In this document: positions 30,951-40,133 of the stretch, in pieces
Position numbering within the stretch: the stretch's first letter is position 1
Layout of the letters: each line of letters opens with the position of its first letter
Assembly (NCBI GenBank): GCA_963727445.1
Contig: CAVSGI010000017.1
Span: 32,001-96,000, forward strand
Length of the DNA stretch: 64,000 nucleotides
From: an uncultured delta proteobacterium
GTDB lineage: Bacteria > Myxococcota_A > Polyangia > Polyangiales > B10-G4
Direction: 5' to 3'
Notes under the pieces: model-generated
What the model saw: the letters and a program-made list of their open reading frames with translations, nothing else
Told to the model about the DNA's origin: nothing
Databases searched by the model: none
Position numbers and translations under genes: made by a program

Positions 30951-32222
30951 TCAGCCGTTCTTTGCGCGCTCGAGCACCTCGGGCGTGACCTTGACCGGGC
31001 CCGGCATCCCGACAGGTATGGACGGCCGCCGGCGGAGGCGGCGGGGCAGGAGCTCGGCGAGCGCCTCCTCGAGGTCACTCCGCTCGAAGGGCTTCATCAG
31101 GAATCGATCTTTGTCCACGACCAGGCCTTGCGCGACGAGCTCGTGAGGCGAGTGCGCCGTCATGAAGAGAACAGAGAAGTTGTTCGGGTAGCGCACCCGA
31201 AGCTGTTTGACGAGCTGAGGCCCGCTCTCTCCAGGCAGCGTGACGTCCGTAACCACGAGCGTGAACTCGTTCCCGTAGATCTGCGCGAGCGCGAGCGCAT
31301 CGCTTCCGCTCTCTGCCTCGATCGTCTCGAAACCGAGCTCTTCGAGATAGTGGCGCACGGTGATGCGCACCAGACTGTCGTCCTCCACCAGAAGCGCACG
31401 CCCCCGGAACTTGATCTGGGGGCGCGAGCGCTGCGGCACCATCATCTTCTTTGGACAGTCGACCAGAGGCAATTCGATGACGAAGGCCGTGCCGCGTCCC
31501 GGCGCGCTGTAGACCTCGATGCGTCCGCCCAGGGCGTGCACCGTGTCGAGGGCGGTCGCGAGACCGAGTCCGGTGCCCATGTTCTTGGTGGTGAAGAAGG
31601 GGTCGAAGATCCGAGCCTTGGTTTCTGCGTCCATTCCCGAGCCCGTGTCGGCGACGACGAGTCGGACGTGACATCGCTTCGTCCCGTCGTCAGCGTCCCT
31701 CTCCACCTTTCTCGTCGAAAGCGTGAGCGTCCCGCCCGCCGGCATCGCCGCGCGCGCATTGGCGGCGAGGTTCAACAGGACCCGCTGAAGCTGCATCGGA
31801 TCGGCGAGAAGCGCGGCGTCCGGGGCATGCGTCTCTACCACGAGCTCGATGTGCTCACCGAGCAGCCGTTCGAGCAGAGCCGTCCATTCGTCGATCAGAT
31901 GATCGACAAAGACCGGCGACGGCTTCTCGGGCTGCTTGCGGCTGTAGGTCATGATCTGGGCGACCAGTGACGACCCCCGGCGACAGGACTCCAGCACCCG
32001 CTGCAGATACGCCCGCGCGCGATCGGGCGGCGTGTCAGGCGACAGGGCGATGGCGGTCGCACCCATGATTCCGTGCAGAAGATTTCCGAAGTCGTGGGCG
32101 ACGCTGCTCGCCAACACGCCCACGGTCTCCATCTTCTGCGTGTGCTGCCGCTCGGTTTCGCTCTCATCCACCCGGCTGATCCCCGAGCGGTCGCGTTCAT
32201 CTCTTCGTTTCGGTCGGTCCAT
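30951..32222 (-). CDS. Hybrid histidine kinase-receiver lacking a sensor domain
   Basis: TQKMETVGVLASSVAHDFGNLL; NARAAMP; GTGLGL; REC LLVEDD..TDV..KPF. Confidence 0.85.
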   Translation of the reverse strand: MDRPKRRDERDRSGISRVDESETERQHTQKMETVGVLASSVAHDFGNLLHGIMGATAIALSPDTPPDRARAYLQRVLESCRRGSSLVAQIMTYSRKQPEKPSPVFVDHLIDEWTALLERLLGEHIELVVETHAPDAALLADPMQLQRVLLNLAANARAAMPAGGTLTLSTRKVERDADDGTKRCHVRLVVADTGSGMDAETKARIFDPFFTTKNMGTGLGLATALDTVHALGGRIEVYSAPGRGTAFVIELPLVDCPKKMMVPQRSRPQIKFRGRALLVEDDSLVRITVRHYLEELGFETIEAESGSDALALAQIYGNEFTLVVTDVTLPGESGPQLVKQLRVRYPNNFSVLFMTAHSPHELVAQGLVVDKDRFLMKPFERSDLEEALAELLPRRLRRRPSIPVGMPGPVKVTPEVLERAKNG

Positions 32223-32365
32223 GCGCCCCCCGCGCTGCGTCCCAATCTTATGAAAGCGCCATACAGTCAACCTGATAAACGCCATCGCCAGCCGCGGAAT
32301 CGCCGTCGATGGACGCATCGCGGGCCCGCCCTGCCTACCGCCTTTCAGGGATGATCGGTCGAGGC

Positions 32366-33313
32366 CTACCGGCGCGACACCAGCACGGTGGATGGAGCGC
32401 CGAAGGGGACGCTGAGGTCGAGCACTTGCGGCACGTCGCGGAGGGCTCTGCGCCAGCTCCGCGCGCGCGCCCACTCCTCGAACGACCGCCAGCCTATGGA
32501 GGGGAAGCGCCGATGCAGCGCGGGGATGTCCACCGAATGCCCGACCCGCGCCAGCCACTCGAAGGTGCGCAGGAAGTCTGGGCTCCTCGACAGCGACGTC
32601 GGCGCGGGCGCTTCGACGTAGTCGACCCGGCGACCCATGATCTCGGCAATGATCTCGGCGATCCTCCACCCGGGAAGCGCATCGGAGGCCACCTCCACGC
32701 GCTCGCCCACGAATCCGCCGCGCTCTTCCATCACGTGCACCACCAACTCCGCCAGGTCGTCGAGGGCCACCATCTGCAAGAGCCGGTGCCGGGGCAGCGG
32801 CATGGCGAGCTTTCCGAAGCGGAGTCGCGGCAGCACCCTCGAGCTACGGAGATTCTCCATGAAGAACACGGGCGCGACGATGGTGAACGGCAGGCAGGCC
32901 TCTTCGAGGACGCGCTCGACCGAGGCCTTGCTGTCGAAGTAGGGCACGCCCGTGTCCTCGAGTGCGCTGGCCGTCGAGGAATAGACCACGTGCCTCACGT
33001 GGGCCGCGGCTGCGGTCTCGATCAGCGCGCGAGCGTGGCGGACCTCGACATCTGGCCCGCGCTGAAAAGGAGTGCTCATCGCAAAGATCGCGTCGACGCC
33101 CTGCACGGCACGCGTGAGCGACGCCCGATCGTCGAAGCTCCCGCCAACGACCTCGATGCCCCCTCGCGCGAGCCGCCGCGCGACCGGTGAGCCCACGATC
33201 CGGGTCAACGCCCTCACCGCGTGTCCCGCGTCCACGAGCGCGTCAGCGACGGCTCCCCCCTGCTGCCCGGTCGCTCCGGTCACCAGAACCCTCAGCTCGT
33301 TGTCGTCGCCCAT
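32366..33313 (-). CDS. NmrA-family NAD(P)-binding protein
   Basis: VLVTGATGQQGGAV, VPYFDSK, PVFFMEN; RBS GAGGGAGG. Confidence 0.9.
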   Translation of the reverse strand: MGDDNELRVLVTGATGQQGGAVADALVDAGHAVRALTRIVGSPVARRLARGGIEVVGGSFDDRASLTRAVQGVDAIFAMSTPFQRGPDVEVRHARALIETAAAAHVRHVVYSSTASALEDTGVPYFDSKASVERVLEEACLPFTIVAPVFFMENLRSSRVLPRLRFGKLAMPLPRHRLLQMVALDDLAELVVHVMEERGGFVGERVEVASDALPGWRIAEIIAEIMGRRVDYVEAPAPTSLSRSPDFLRTFEWLARVGHSVDIPALHRRFPSIGWRSFEEWARARSWRRALRDVPQVLDLSVPFGAPSTVLVSRR

Positions 33314-33361
33314 CGCGCTACCTCCCTCGAAGGACCCCACGCTGTTCCGCGATCCGATCGT

Positions 33362-33377
33362 GGCAAGATGCACGCCG
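33362..33377 (-). promoter_or_regulatory. Sigma54 promoter
   Basis: Minus strand CGGCGTGCATCTTGCC. Confidence 0.55.
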
Positions 33378-33420
33378 CGCAGCGGGCCGTCGTCATCCCG
33401 CGCTCGCGTACCGATCGATG

Positions 33421-33456
33421 GCGGGATGATCCGCAGCTTCGCGAAAGATTCCCCAC
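33421..33456. promoter_or_regulatory. Paired candidate activator sites
   Basis: GCGGGATGATCCGCA and GCGAAAGATTCCCCAC, 20 bp apart. Confidence 0.5.
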
Positions 33457-33497
33457 GAGGCGCGTCGTCCGCTGTCGAGCCGTGGGGCAGATACGGG

Positions 33498-33513
33498 GGG
33501 CACGACTGTTGCT
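33498..33513 (+). promoter_or_regulatory. Sigma54 promoter
   Basis: GGGCACGACTGTTGCT. Confidence 0.7.
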
Positions 33514-33526
33514 GCTCACACAGCGC

Positions 33527-34048
33527 ATGACTCTCCCCATTCATCCGCACGTCATCGTTGCCGAAGACGATGATCTGGTCAGAGCCTCCCTCGCGTCCGT
33601 GCTCCGGGACGAGGGATGCTCGGTGACACTGTCACGCAACGGAGCAGCCCTTGGCGCACAGCTCGGCGTGATGATGGCTGTGAGCGAAACTCCCTCGCTC
33701 GTGGTTGCCGACGATCGCATCCCGGGTCCGTCGGGTCTGGCGGTGCTCGAGCTGGCCCGCAGCTGGGGCTGGTCGATGCCGATGGTCCTCATCACCGGAG
33801 GCGCCGATGACGGGCTCACCCGCCGGGCGCGCGAGGTCGGCGCCCACCTGCTCGAAAAGCCGGTGGACGTCCACTCCTTTCGCTACCTGGCGAGGGCCCT
33901 GCTGAGCGGCGAAGCACCTTCGTGCGCGTACTGTGGGTCGACCTTCGACTTGCGGACTGCAGCCGCGGCCGGGACCGAGTTCCTCTGCGCAGAGTGCCGG
34001 ACGTGGTGGGCCGATGAGCCGACGAACCCGGGTCTGGCGACGGGCTGA
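33527..34048 (+). CDS. Response regulator with C-terminal C4 zinc-finger motif
   Basis: VIVAEDD, VADDRIPGPSG, LITG, EKP; then CAYC-x17-CAEC. Confidence 0.8.
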   Translation: MTLPIHPHVIVAEDDDLVRASLASVLRDEGCSVTLSRNGAALGAQLGVMMAVSETPSLVVADDRIPGPSGLAVLELARSWGWSMPMVLITGGADDGLTRRAREVGAHLLEKPVDVHSFRYLARALLSGEAPSCAYCGSTFDLRTAAAAGTEFLCAECRTWWADEPTNPGLATG

Positions 34049-34067
34049 GCAAACGGGCGTCGGTGCG

Positions 34068-34083
34068 CGGCACGGCGTTTGCG
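34068..34083 (+). promoter_or_regulatory. Sigma54 promoter
   Basis: CGGCACGGCGTTTGCG. Confidence 0.7.
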
Positions 34084-34095
34084 TATTTTTCGGAC

Positions 34096-34338
34096 ATGCA
34101 AAGTCGAGATGTGGGCGGGCCGCCCAGTGGGCGGGTCTTGGTGTACGCCGAGTGCCACGACGGAACGGTTGCGCGCCGTGTGTTGCGCGCGCTCGAGTCT
34201 GCGTGGTGCGACGCGATGAGCTCGCTCGAGCTACGGTTCCTCGCGGGGGGCGGCGTCCGCATCGGCGCGTGGTCCCGCATTCCAGAACAGATCGAAGAGC
34301 TGCTTCGTCAGAGTGGAGCGCATCCCCAGCGGGCGTAA
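34096..34338 (+). CDS. Small hypothetical protein
   Basis: 80-aa ORF starting just after a sigma54 motif. Confidence 0.45.
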   Translation: MQSRDVGGPPSGRVLVYAECHDGTVARRVLRALESAWCDAMSSLELRFLAGGGVRIGAWSRIPEQIEELLRQSGAHPQRA

Positions 34339-34422
34339 AGCGGACGCGCATCCCCGCGTCATGTGCCTCCGCCCCGCCTGGCGCCGCCTCCTGTAGATCG
34401 AAGGGCGGGCCTGGCGCCGCAC

Positions 34423-35010
34423 TCAGCGGACGGTGTATCCGAAGTCCCCTTCGAGCGTCTGCTCGCGATCGTCATAGCGAAAGGTCGAGACGAAGTGCAG
34501 GACACGGTCGTCAGCGCCCGCTCCCTGGTCGACGTCGATGGTGATGTGACTCGCGACACCGTCGTAGGTCCACGCGCGCCGCGCTGGTCCCGAGCACCCC
34601 ATCAGGCCGACCTGAAGGACGTCCGGCGGCGCGTTCCAATTGCGCGGCCCGAGCTCGACGTGAGCGCCGACCTGCAGGTCTTCGTGAAGCAGGCCTCCGC
34701 GGAAGAAGAACCTGGACATGATCGCGAAGTCGTCGCCCCCGTCGATCTCGATCTCGGTCCCGTTGGAGAGCGGGCGCGCCGACACTTGCGGTGCGGGCAC
34801 CAACTCCACCTGGTACTCACCCAGCTCGCCGACCAGCTTCGCCTCGCCCAGGTAGACCGTGCGCTGCGGGAGCACCGGTTCGGAGGATCCCGTGGGCGCG
34901 GATGCGTCCTCATCCGTGGTTGCCAAGGGCGCCACACCTGGGGCGTTCTTGTCGCCCGCGCAGGCCGCGAGGAACAAACTCAGGAATAGAAGCGTGCTGA
35001 TGCGTTTCAT
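34423..35010 (-). CDS. Hypothetical lipoprotein
   Basis: MKRISTLLFLSLFLAAC; RBS GGAGGAG. Confidence 0.75.
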   Translation of the reverse strand: MKRISTLLFLSLFLAACAGDKNAPGVAPLATTDEDASAPTGSSEPVLPQRTVYLGEAKLVGELGEYQVELVPAPQVSARPLSNGTEIEIDGGDDFAIMSRFFFRGGLLHEDLQVGAHVELGPRNWNAPPDVLQVGLMGCSGPARRAWTYDGVASHITIDVDQGAGADDRVLHFVSTFRYDDREQTLEGDFGYTVR

Positions 35011-35108
35011 GGGACTCCTCCAAAAAGCGAGTCGACGCCCGCGTTCATTTTCGGTGGGCCCCGCTCCGCACGCTTCTCGATATTCACGTCCCATGCCCGC
35101 TCGCGCGC

Positions 35109-36746
35109 TCAAGGCGCGGCGAGCTGCTCGATTCGCCCCCTAATCGCGCTCGCGTCCGGCGCACGCGGCGCGAGCGCGAGGTAGCGTCGATAGGCGCTCA
35201 CCGCTTCGGCACGATGACCGAGACGCTGGCGAGCGATCCCCAGGCTGCGCCACGCCGGCGCGTGACGCGCGTCAGCGTCGATGGCGCTTCGAAGATGGCG
35301 CACCGCTTCGGCGAGGCGACCGTGAAGGAGCGCGTCGGTACCGAGGCGCGTCTCCTCGCGCGCGCGCGCGCTGTTCGGGCCCTCTTCGCCGGGGAGCGAC
35401 CCACGACCCACGGTCGCGGTGACGGGCTCCTCGGCGGTAGCTTCCACAGCCACAGCGCCTCCCGATCGTGGAGACCGGCCGCGTCGTCGAGGGGAAACCG
35501 GCGCGGTCGCTTCGTCACTCGGCACAGAAGACGGATCGGCGACGGCTGGTTCCGGCGCCGCGACCTCCGCGACCTCGGCCGCGACCGCCGCCGGGTCTGG
35601 TGGGGGCGCGGGTTCGGGGGCGGGCGCGGGTTCGGGGGCAGGCGCGGCCGGGGCGGGACGAGCGGCGCGCGCCGTTTGCGGCGAGCCGCTCGACGAAACC
35701 CATGCGACGACGCCAGCCGTGGCGACCGCGAGGAGCAACAGGGCCACGACGGCGATCGACCGACCCGTCGAGGTCGGCAGGGCATCCAAACCGGAGCCGG
35801 CTTCGGAGCTCGACGAAACGGGCGACCTCACCCGGGCGGGCGCGTACGCGTCATCGGGCGCGTCGCCCCTACCCGCGGCGGCGAGGGCCGCGACCAGCTC
35901 CCCGGCGTGCGCGTAGCGCTCAGCCGGATCGGTCGCGAGCCCGCGGTGCAGAACCGCCTCCACCTCTTCCGGGAAGGCCGCTTTGCTCACGTCCGTGAGG
36001 CGCGGCGGCGGCTGCACCATCTTCTGGGTGACGATGCCCATGGGCATCGGACCGTCGAAAGGGAGGCGGCCGGTCAGCATCTCGAAGGCGACGACCGCGA
36101 GGGAGTAGACGTCACCGCGCGCGTCGGGCAGCGAGCCGTCCCCGGCTTCCGGTGCGATGTAGTGCGGCGTTCCGCAGACGAGCCCTTCGCGCGTCAGCCG
36201 CGCGTCGGTGAAGAGCATCGTGGCCAGACCGAAGTCGACCAGCTGGATGATCTCCGAACCGTCGGCGTGGATCACCCGGAAGAGGTTCTCCGGCTTGATG
36301 TCGCGATGGACGATGTCCCGCGCGTGCATCACGTCGAGCGCCGCCGCCGGGCCCCGCAACAGCTCGGCCACGCGCGCCACGCTCATCGGCGCCTGATCCT
36401 CGATGAGCATGGCGAGGTCGCTGCCCCGCAAGAGCGGCATGACCATGTAGGGGCGGCCGTCGGGGAGCTGGCCCAGGTCGTAGACGTCGCAGATGTTCGG
36501 ATGTCCCATCTGGCTCGCCGCACGCGCCTCGCGAAACATGCGCTGTACCGCATCGGGATCGTCGGCGTAGCCCGGGCGAAGGACCTTGATGGCCACCGGG
36601 CGCTCGAGCCCGTCCTGCACGCCCGCGTACACCACGCCCATACCCCCGCGGCCGAGGAGGTTCTGGACGCGGTAGCGCGACCCGATGGTCACCCCGATGA
36701 GGGCGTCGCTCACGGCGTCCCTCGCCTCTGATTCCGGCGCGGTCAT
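35109..36746 (-). CDS. Membrane Ser/Thr protein kinase with C-terminal TPR
   Basis: LGRGGMGVVY, VAIK, HRDIKPEN, DFGL, GTPHYIAPE; TM; Pro/Ala linker; TPR. Confidence 0.95.
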   Translation of the reverse strand: MTAPESEARDAVSDALIGVTIGSRYRVQNLLGRGGMGVVYAGVQDGLERPVAIKVLRPGYADDPDAVQRMFREARAASQMGHPNICDVYDLGQLPDGRPYMVMPLLRGSDLAMLIEDQAPMSVARVAELLRGPAAALDVMHARDIVHRDIKPENLFRVIHADGSEIIQLVDFGLATMLFTDARLTREGLVCGTPHYIAPEAGDGSLPDARGDVYSLAVVAFEMLTGRLPFDGPMPMGIVTQKMVQPPPRLTDVSKAAFPEEVEAVLHRGLATDPAERYAHAGELVAALAAAGRGDAPDDAYAPARVRSPVSSSSEAGSGLDALPTSTGRSIAVVALLLLAVATAGVVAWVSSSGSPQTARAARPAPAAPAPEPAPAPEPAPPPDPAAVAAEVAEVAAPEPAVADPSSVPSDEATAPVSPRRRGRSPRSGGAVAVEATAEEPVTATVGRGSLPGEEGPNSARAREETRLGTDALLHGRLAEAVRHLRSAIDADARHAPAWRSLGIARQRLGHRAEAVSAYRRYLALAPRAPDASAIRGRIEQLAAP

Positions 36747-38695
36747 AGGAGCACGCAGCTCCCGCCGCTGCAGCTGGTCAGGGCCGAGCAGGAGTGGCCG
36801 CAGCTCCCGCAGTTGGAATTATCCGCGTCGAGGTCGACGCATCTGCCGCCGCACGCGGTCTGCCCCATCGGGCAGCAGGTGCCGCTGCTGCAGTGCTGGC
36901 CGAGGGTGGTGCAGTCGGTGTCGCAGCTGCCGCAGTGAGCGTCGTCGTTCGACAGGTTGAAGCAGCCGTCGCCGCAGCACGAGTTGGGTGAAGGACACGC
37001 GGAGCCGCAGGCGTTGCAGTTGGCCGGTCCTTCGTCGACGCAGGCGCCGGCGCAGCAGAGCTGGCTCGAACCGCAGGCGGCGCAGCTCTGCCCGCAAGCC
37101 GACTCGTCGCTCGTCACGCAGGACCCACCGCAGCAGACCTGACCGGGCGAGCACATCGTGCCGCAGCCACCGCAGTTCGCCTCGTCGTTCATCATGTCTA
37201 CGCAGCTCCCGCTGCAGCAGCTCTCGCCGCTCGCTGAACAGTCCGTCGGGCACCCGGTGCACGCGGGTGCGGTCGGGCTGGCGCAGGTCCCGCCGCAGCA
37301 CGACTCCGAGGAGCCGCAGCCGGCGCCGCAGCTCCCGCAGTTCGTGGCGTCGGTCCGCACGTCGGTGCAGGTCCCGCCGCAGCAGTCGCCAGGACAGGTG
37401 GCGCCGCAGGCGCCGCAGTTCATCGCGTCAGCGTCGGTGTCGACGCAAGCGCCACCACAACAGCTCTCGCCAGACCCACAGGTGACACCACAGCCGCCGC
37501 AGTTCATCGGGTCGGCGGTGGTGTCGACGCAGGCGCTGTCGCAGCACTCCGACCCCATCGAGCACGCCGCCCCGCACGCGCCGCAGTTCATCGCGTCGGT
37601 GCTGACGTCGAAGTCCTCGTCGACGCTTCCGTCGCAGTCGTCGTCCGCGCCGTCACAGCGCTCGGCCGTGGGCTCGGGAGTGTCGCAGACGAGGACGTCG
37701 CCGCTGCATGCGCGCGTGCCGAGGCTGCATTCGCCGGGCATCGACCCCATGCAGCCCATGCCGAGCATGGGGATGTCGTCCATGGTCCCGTCGCAGTCGT
37801 CGTCGACCCCTGGATTGGCGCAGGTCTCGGCGGTGTCCACCCGCTGCCCTTCGCAGTCCCCGAAGGCTCCGCCGACGCACGACTGGGTCCCGGCGATGCA
37901 GGGTCCGACGCCCTCGGTCCCGTCGGAGCCCCCGTAGCAGGCCTGGGTCTCACCCGTCGAGCACGGGCAACCTTCGTCCACGGCCCCATCGCAGTCGTCG
38001 TCTGCGGCCGGGGTCACGCCGCACGCCTCCATCACGATGGCGACTGCATCTTCGCAGCCGGTCTCGGTCCCTTCCACGCAGCGGATTTCGCCTGCCCGGC
38101 ACGTGCCGGTGCATTCGTAGACGCCGTCTCCGTCGTCGTCGGTGCAGCCGCCGTCCGCCGCGGGATAGCAGCTCGTGGTGAGCGCCTCGTCCGTCAGCCC
38201 GTCGCAGTCGTCGTCCTGGTCGTTGCAGGTCTCGTTGCCGCGCTCCCCGACGCGCGCACAGACCATCGTGCCGTTGCGGCAGGCGGGGGCACCGTCGCGA
38301 CAGACGCCCGGCTCTCCAGTGTCACAAGTGGTGGGGAGGTCTTCGTCCGTCGTCCCGTCGCAGTCATCGTCGATTCCGTCGCACGCGTCGGTCTCGAGCG
38401 GCAGGATCTCGCCTTCGCACTCTCCGGGAACGCCGTCGGTGCAGGTCTGGCTTCCGGGGCGGCATCGCCCGACGGGCGTCAGACCGTCGGCGCCGCGAAC
38501 CGAGCACGCGACGGCGTCGGCGCCCCCCGCACACACCGCGACGTCCACTACGCAGAAGCCGCGATAGCAGACGTGGCCGGGGGAACAGCTCCCCGCGTCA
38601 TCGCATCGCTCGCCTTGCTGCACCGCGGGGTCGACCGTGCAGGAAGCGGCCGTCAACGCGAAGATCAGCACCGAGAGCAGCGTCACCTGGTTCAC
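36743..38695 (-). CDS. Cys-rich lipoprotein with CDGxDDDCDG and DxxNCGxCG repeats
   Basis: TAASC lipobox; MopE-related-type and Stig1/MXAN_6577-like repeats. Confidence 0.85.
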   Translation of the reverse strand: MNQVTLLSVLIFALTAASCTVDPAVQQGERCDDAGSCSPGHVCYRGFCVVDVAVCAGGADAVACSVRGADGLTPVGRCRPGSQTCTDGVPGECEGEILPLETDACDGIDDDCDGTTDEDLPTTCDTGEPGVCRDGAPACRNGTMVCARVGERGNETCNDQDDDCDGLTDEALTTSCYPAADGGCTDDDGDGVYECTGTCRAGEIRCVEGTETGCEDAVAIVMEACGVTPAADDDCDGAVDEGCPCSTGETQACYGGSDGTEGVGPCIAGTQSCVGGAFGDCEGQRVDTAETCANPGVDDDCDGTMDDIPMLGMGCMGSMPGECSLGTRACSGDVLVCDTPEPTAERCDGADDDCDGSVDEDFDVSTDAMNCGACGAACSMGSECCDSACVDTTADPMNCGGCGVTCGSGESCCGGACVDTDADAMNCGACGATCPGDCCGGTCTDVRTDATNCGSCGAGCGSSESCCGGTCASPTAPACTGCPTDCSASGESCCSGSCVDMMNDEANCGGCGTMCSPGQVCCGGSCVTSDESACGQSCAACGSSQLCCAGACVDEGPANCNACGSACPSPNSCCGDGCFNLSNDDAHCGSCDTDCTTLGQHCSSGTCCPMGQTACGGRCVDLDADNSNCGSCGHSCSALTSCSGGSCVLL

Positions 38696-39585
38696 GAGTC
38701 ACCTCCAAAGCTTCCGTGCACGCTCAAGGCGACGCCCTCCGGGGAGGCGCTCACGCCGAAGGGGGAGTCCGCACCCACGAGCCACCAGACGACGGCGCCG
38801 ATCATCGCCGCGCCTCCGACTGCGAAGAGCACGTTGGCGATCGCCGCGTCGGTCTGGGCGTCGCTCAAGTGCGCCTGCGCTGCGTCGACGCCCGCACGCG
38901 AGGAGGTGTCCGCCTCGGCGTAGGCGTTCTGCGCGCCCATGGCGAGGCCTCCGGCGATGAGGCCGCCCGCGATGACCGCGAGCCCCGCTCCGCCGACGAT
39001 CGCCGGACCCACCGGGAAGCCGGGCGCGTCTCGTGCATCGTCCTCGGACGCTGGTGGCAGAAGCGCAGGCTCGGGAGATGCTGCGTGTGAGTTGCCGTCG
39101 ACCGCCGGCTGCTCCACCTCCGGGGGCGGGAGATCGAAGAGCTCCCGCAGCATGGGATCGACGCGCTCGAAGAGCTCGTTCTCGGAATCGGCGCGACGCG
39201 TCACGCGGCGCAGGGCGTCATCGCGGGTGTCCAGGAGCAGCAACGAAGCGACGAATGTGCCGTTCGAGAGCTCGAGACTCGGCACGACCATCACCTGTAC
39301 GCCGACCCGCTCTGCCACCGCACGCAGGCAATCGGCGCTCTCCCCGACGCAACCCACCGCCAGCTGCAGATCCTCGAGCGGCAGAGGGGGCGCCGCATCG
39401 AGGGGCATGGGGGCGAGGCGCTCGAAGCGGGTGCGCGCGAGACGGTCGAAGGCGCTTCGCACCGACTCGGCGCCCGCGCCGTTCGCGGCGGTCTGGAGCA
39501 TCGCGGCGCGGTCTTCCTGGGCCGCGGCCGCCGACGTCAGGAGCAAGAGCGCCGCAGCGAAGACCATTGCACCGGCGCGGATCAC
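38692..39585 (-). CDS. Exported hypothetical protein (paralog of 44056-44961)
   Basis: Signal peptide; DLQLAVGCVGESADCLR; Gly-rich hydrophobic helices; terminal beta-like SVHGSF. Confidence 0.75.
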   Translation of the reverse strand: MIRAGAMVFAAALLLLTSAAAAQEDRAAMLQTAANGAGAESVRSAFDRLARTRFERLAPMPLDAAPPLPLEDLQLAVGCVGESADCLRAVAERVGVQVMVVPSLELSNGTFVASLLLLDTRDDALRRVTRRADSENELFERVDPMLRELFDLPPPEVEQPAVDGNSHAASPEPALLPPASEDDARDAPGFPVGPAIVGGAGLAVIAGGLIAGGLAMGAQNAYAEADTSSRAGVDAAQAHLSDAQTDAAIANVLFAVGGAAMIGAVVWWLVGADSPFGVSASPEGVALSVHGSFGGDS

Positions 39586-39971
39586 GAGCGTCCCCCACTG
39601 CTCACGCGGACGGGCTCGACCCCCAGGCGAAGGGTCAGCTCGGCGGCCGTGGCCACGCTCGAGAGCACTTCGGCCAGCAGTCCGGAGCGCGTGAGCGCCT
39701 CGCGGTAGCGGTCCATCTCGTCGGTCAAGAGAACCACCGGCACCGGCTGCTCGAGAGAACGCGCCGCCTCGACCAGGCTCAGGACCTCAGCCTCCGCGTA
39801 GTCGCGACAGCCGATGACCAGGGTGGCGGACAGAGGCGCGGCGAGGCGTGCTTTCGTGCGCCAGGGCTCGCGTTCCAGGAGGATCCAGATGCCGCGCTCG
39901 GCCTCACGCAGCCATTGGAGGCGCGCCTCCGGGTCGCGGCTCAGGACGATGATCGTGTGTTCGGGAGACAT
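39582..39971 (-). CDS. Hypothetical protein, possible degenerate receiver fold
   Basis: TIIVLSRDP...PVPVVLLT; 4-nt overlap with the next gene. Confidence 0.6.
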   Translation of the reverse strand: MSPEHTIIVLSRDPEARLQWLREAERGIWILLEREPWRTKARLAAPLSATLVIGCRDYAEAEVLSLVEAARSLEQPVPVVLLTDEMDRYREALTRSGLLAEVLSSVATAAELTLRLGVEPVRVSSGGRS

Positions 39972-39984
39972 CGCGCCGGGACAT

Positions 39985-40000
39985 CGCAACGCGCATGCCG
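39985..40000 (-). promoter_or_regulatory. Sigma54 promoter of the left kinase operon
   Basis: Minus strand CGGCATGCGCGTTGCG. Confidence 0.65.
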
Positions 40001-40133
40001 CGAAGAAACGCCGCGATTCCGGGGCCATGGGCGGGTCGATTCGTGGGGCCCGGGCGACGGAGTGGGCTCGACCCTACGGCGGACCCCTTCGCGCTCCTCC
40101 GCCGGCACTGTGCTCCGCGAGGCCGAGCCTCGA

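Noticed and set aside
21505..34338. Island as an active mobile element
   Set aside because: No integrase, transposase, tRNA target or flanking direct repeats seen
35083..35098. Sigma54-like GGGCATGGGACGTGAA (minus strand)
   Set aside because: GA instead of GC at -12; too weak to call
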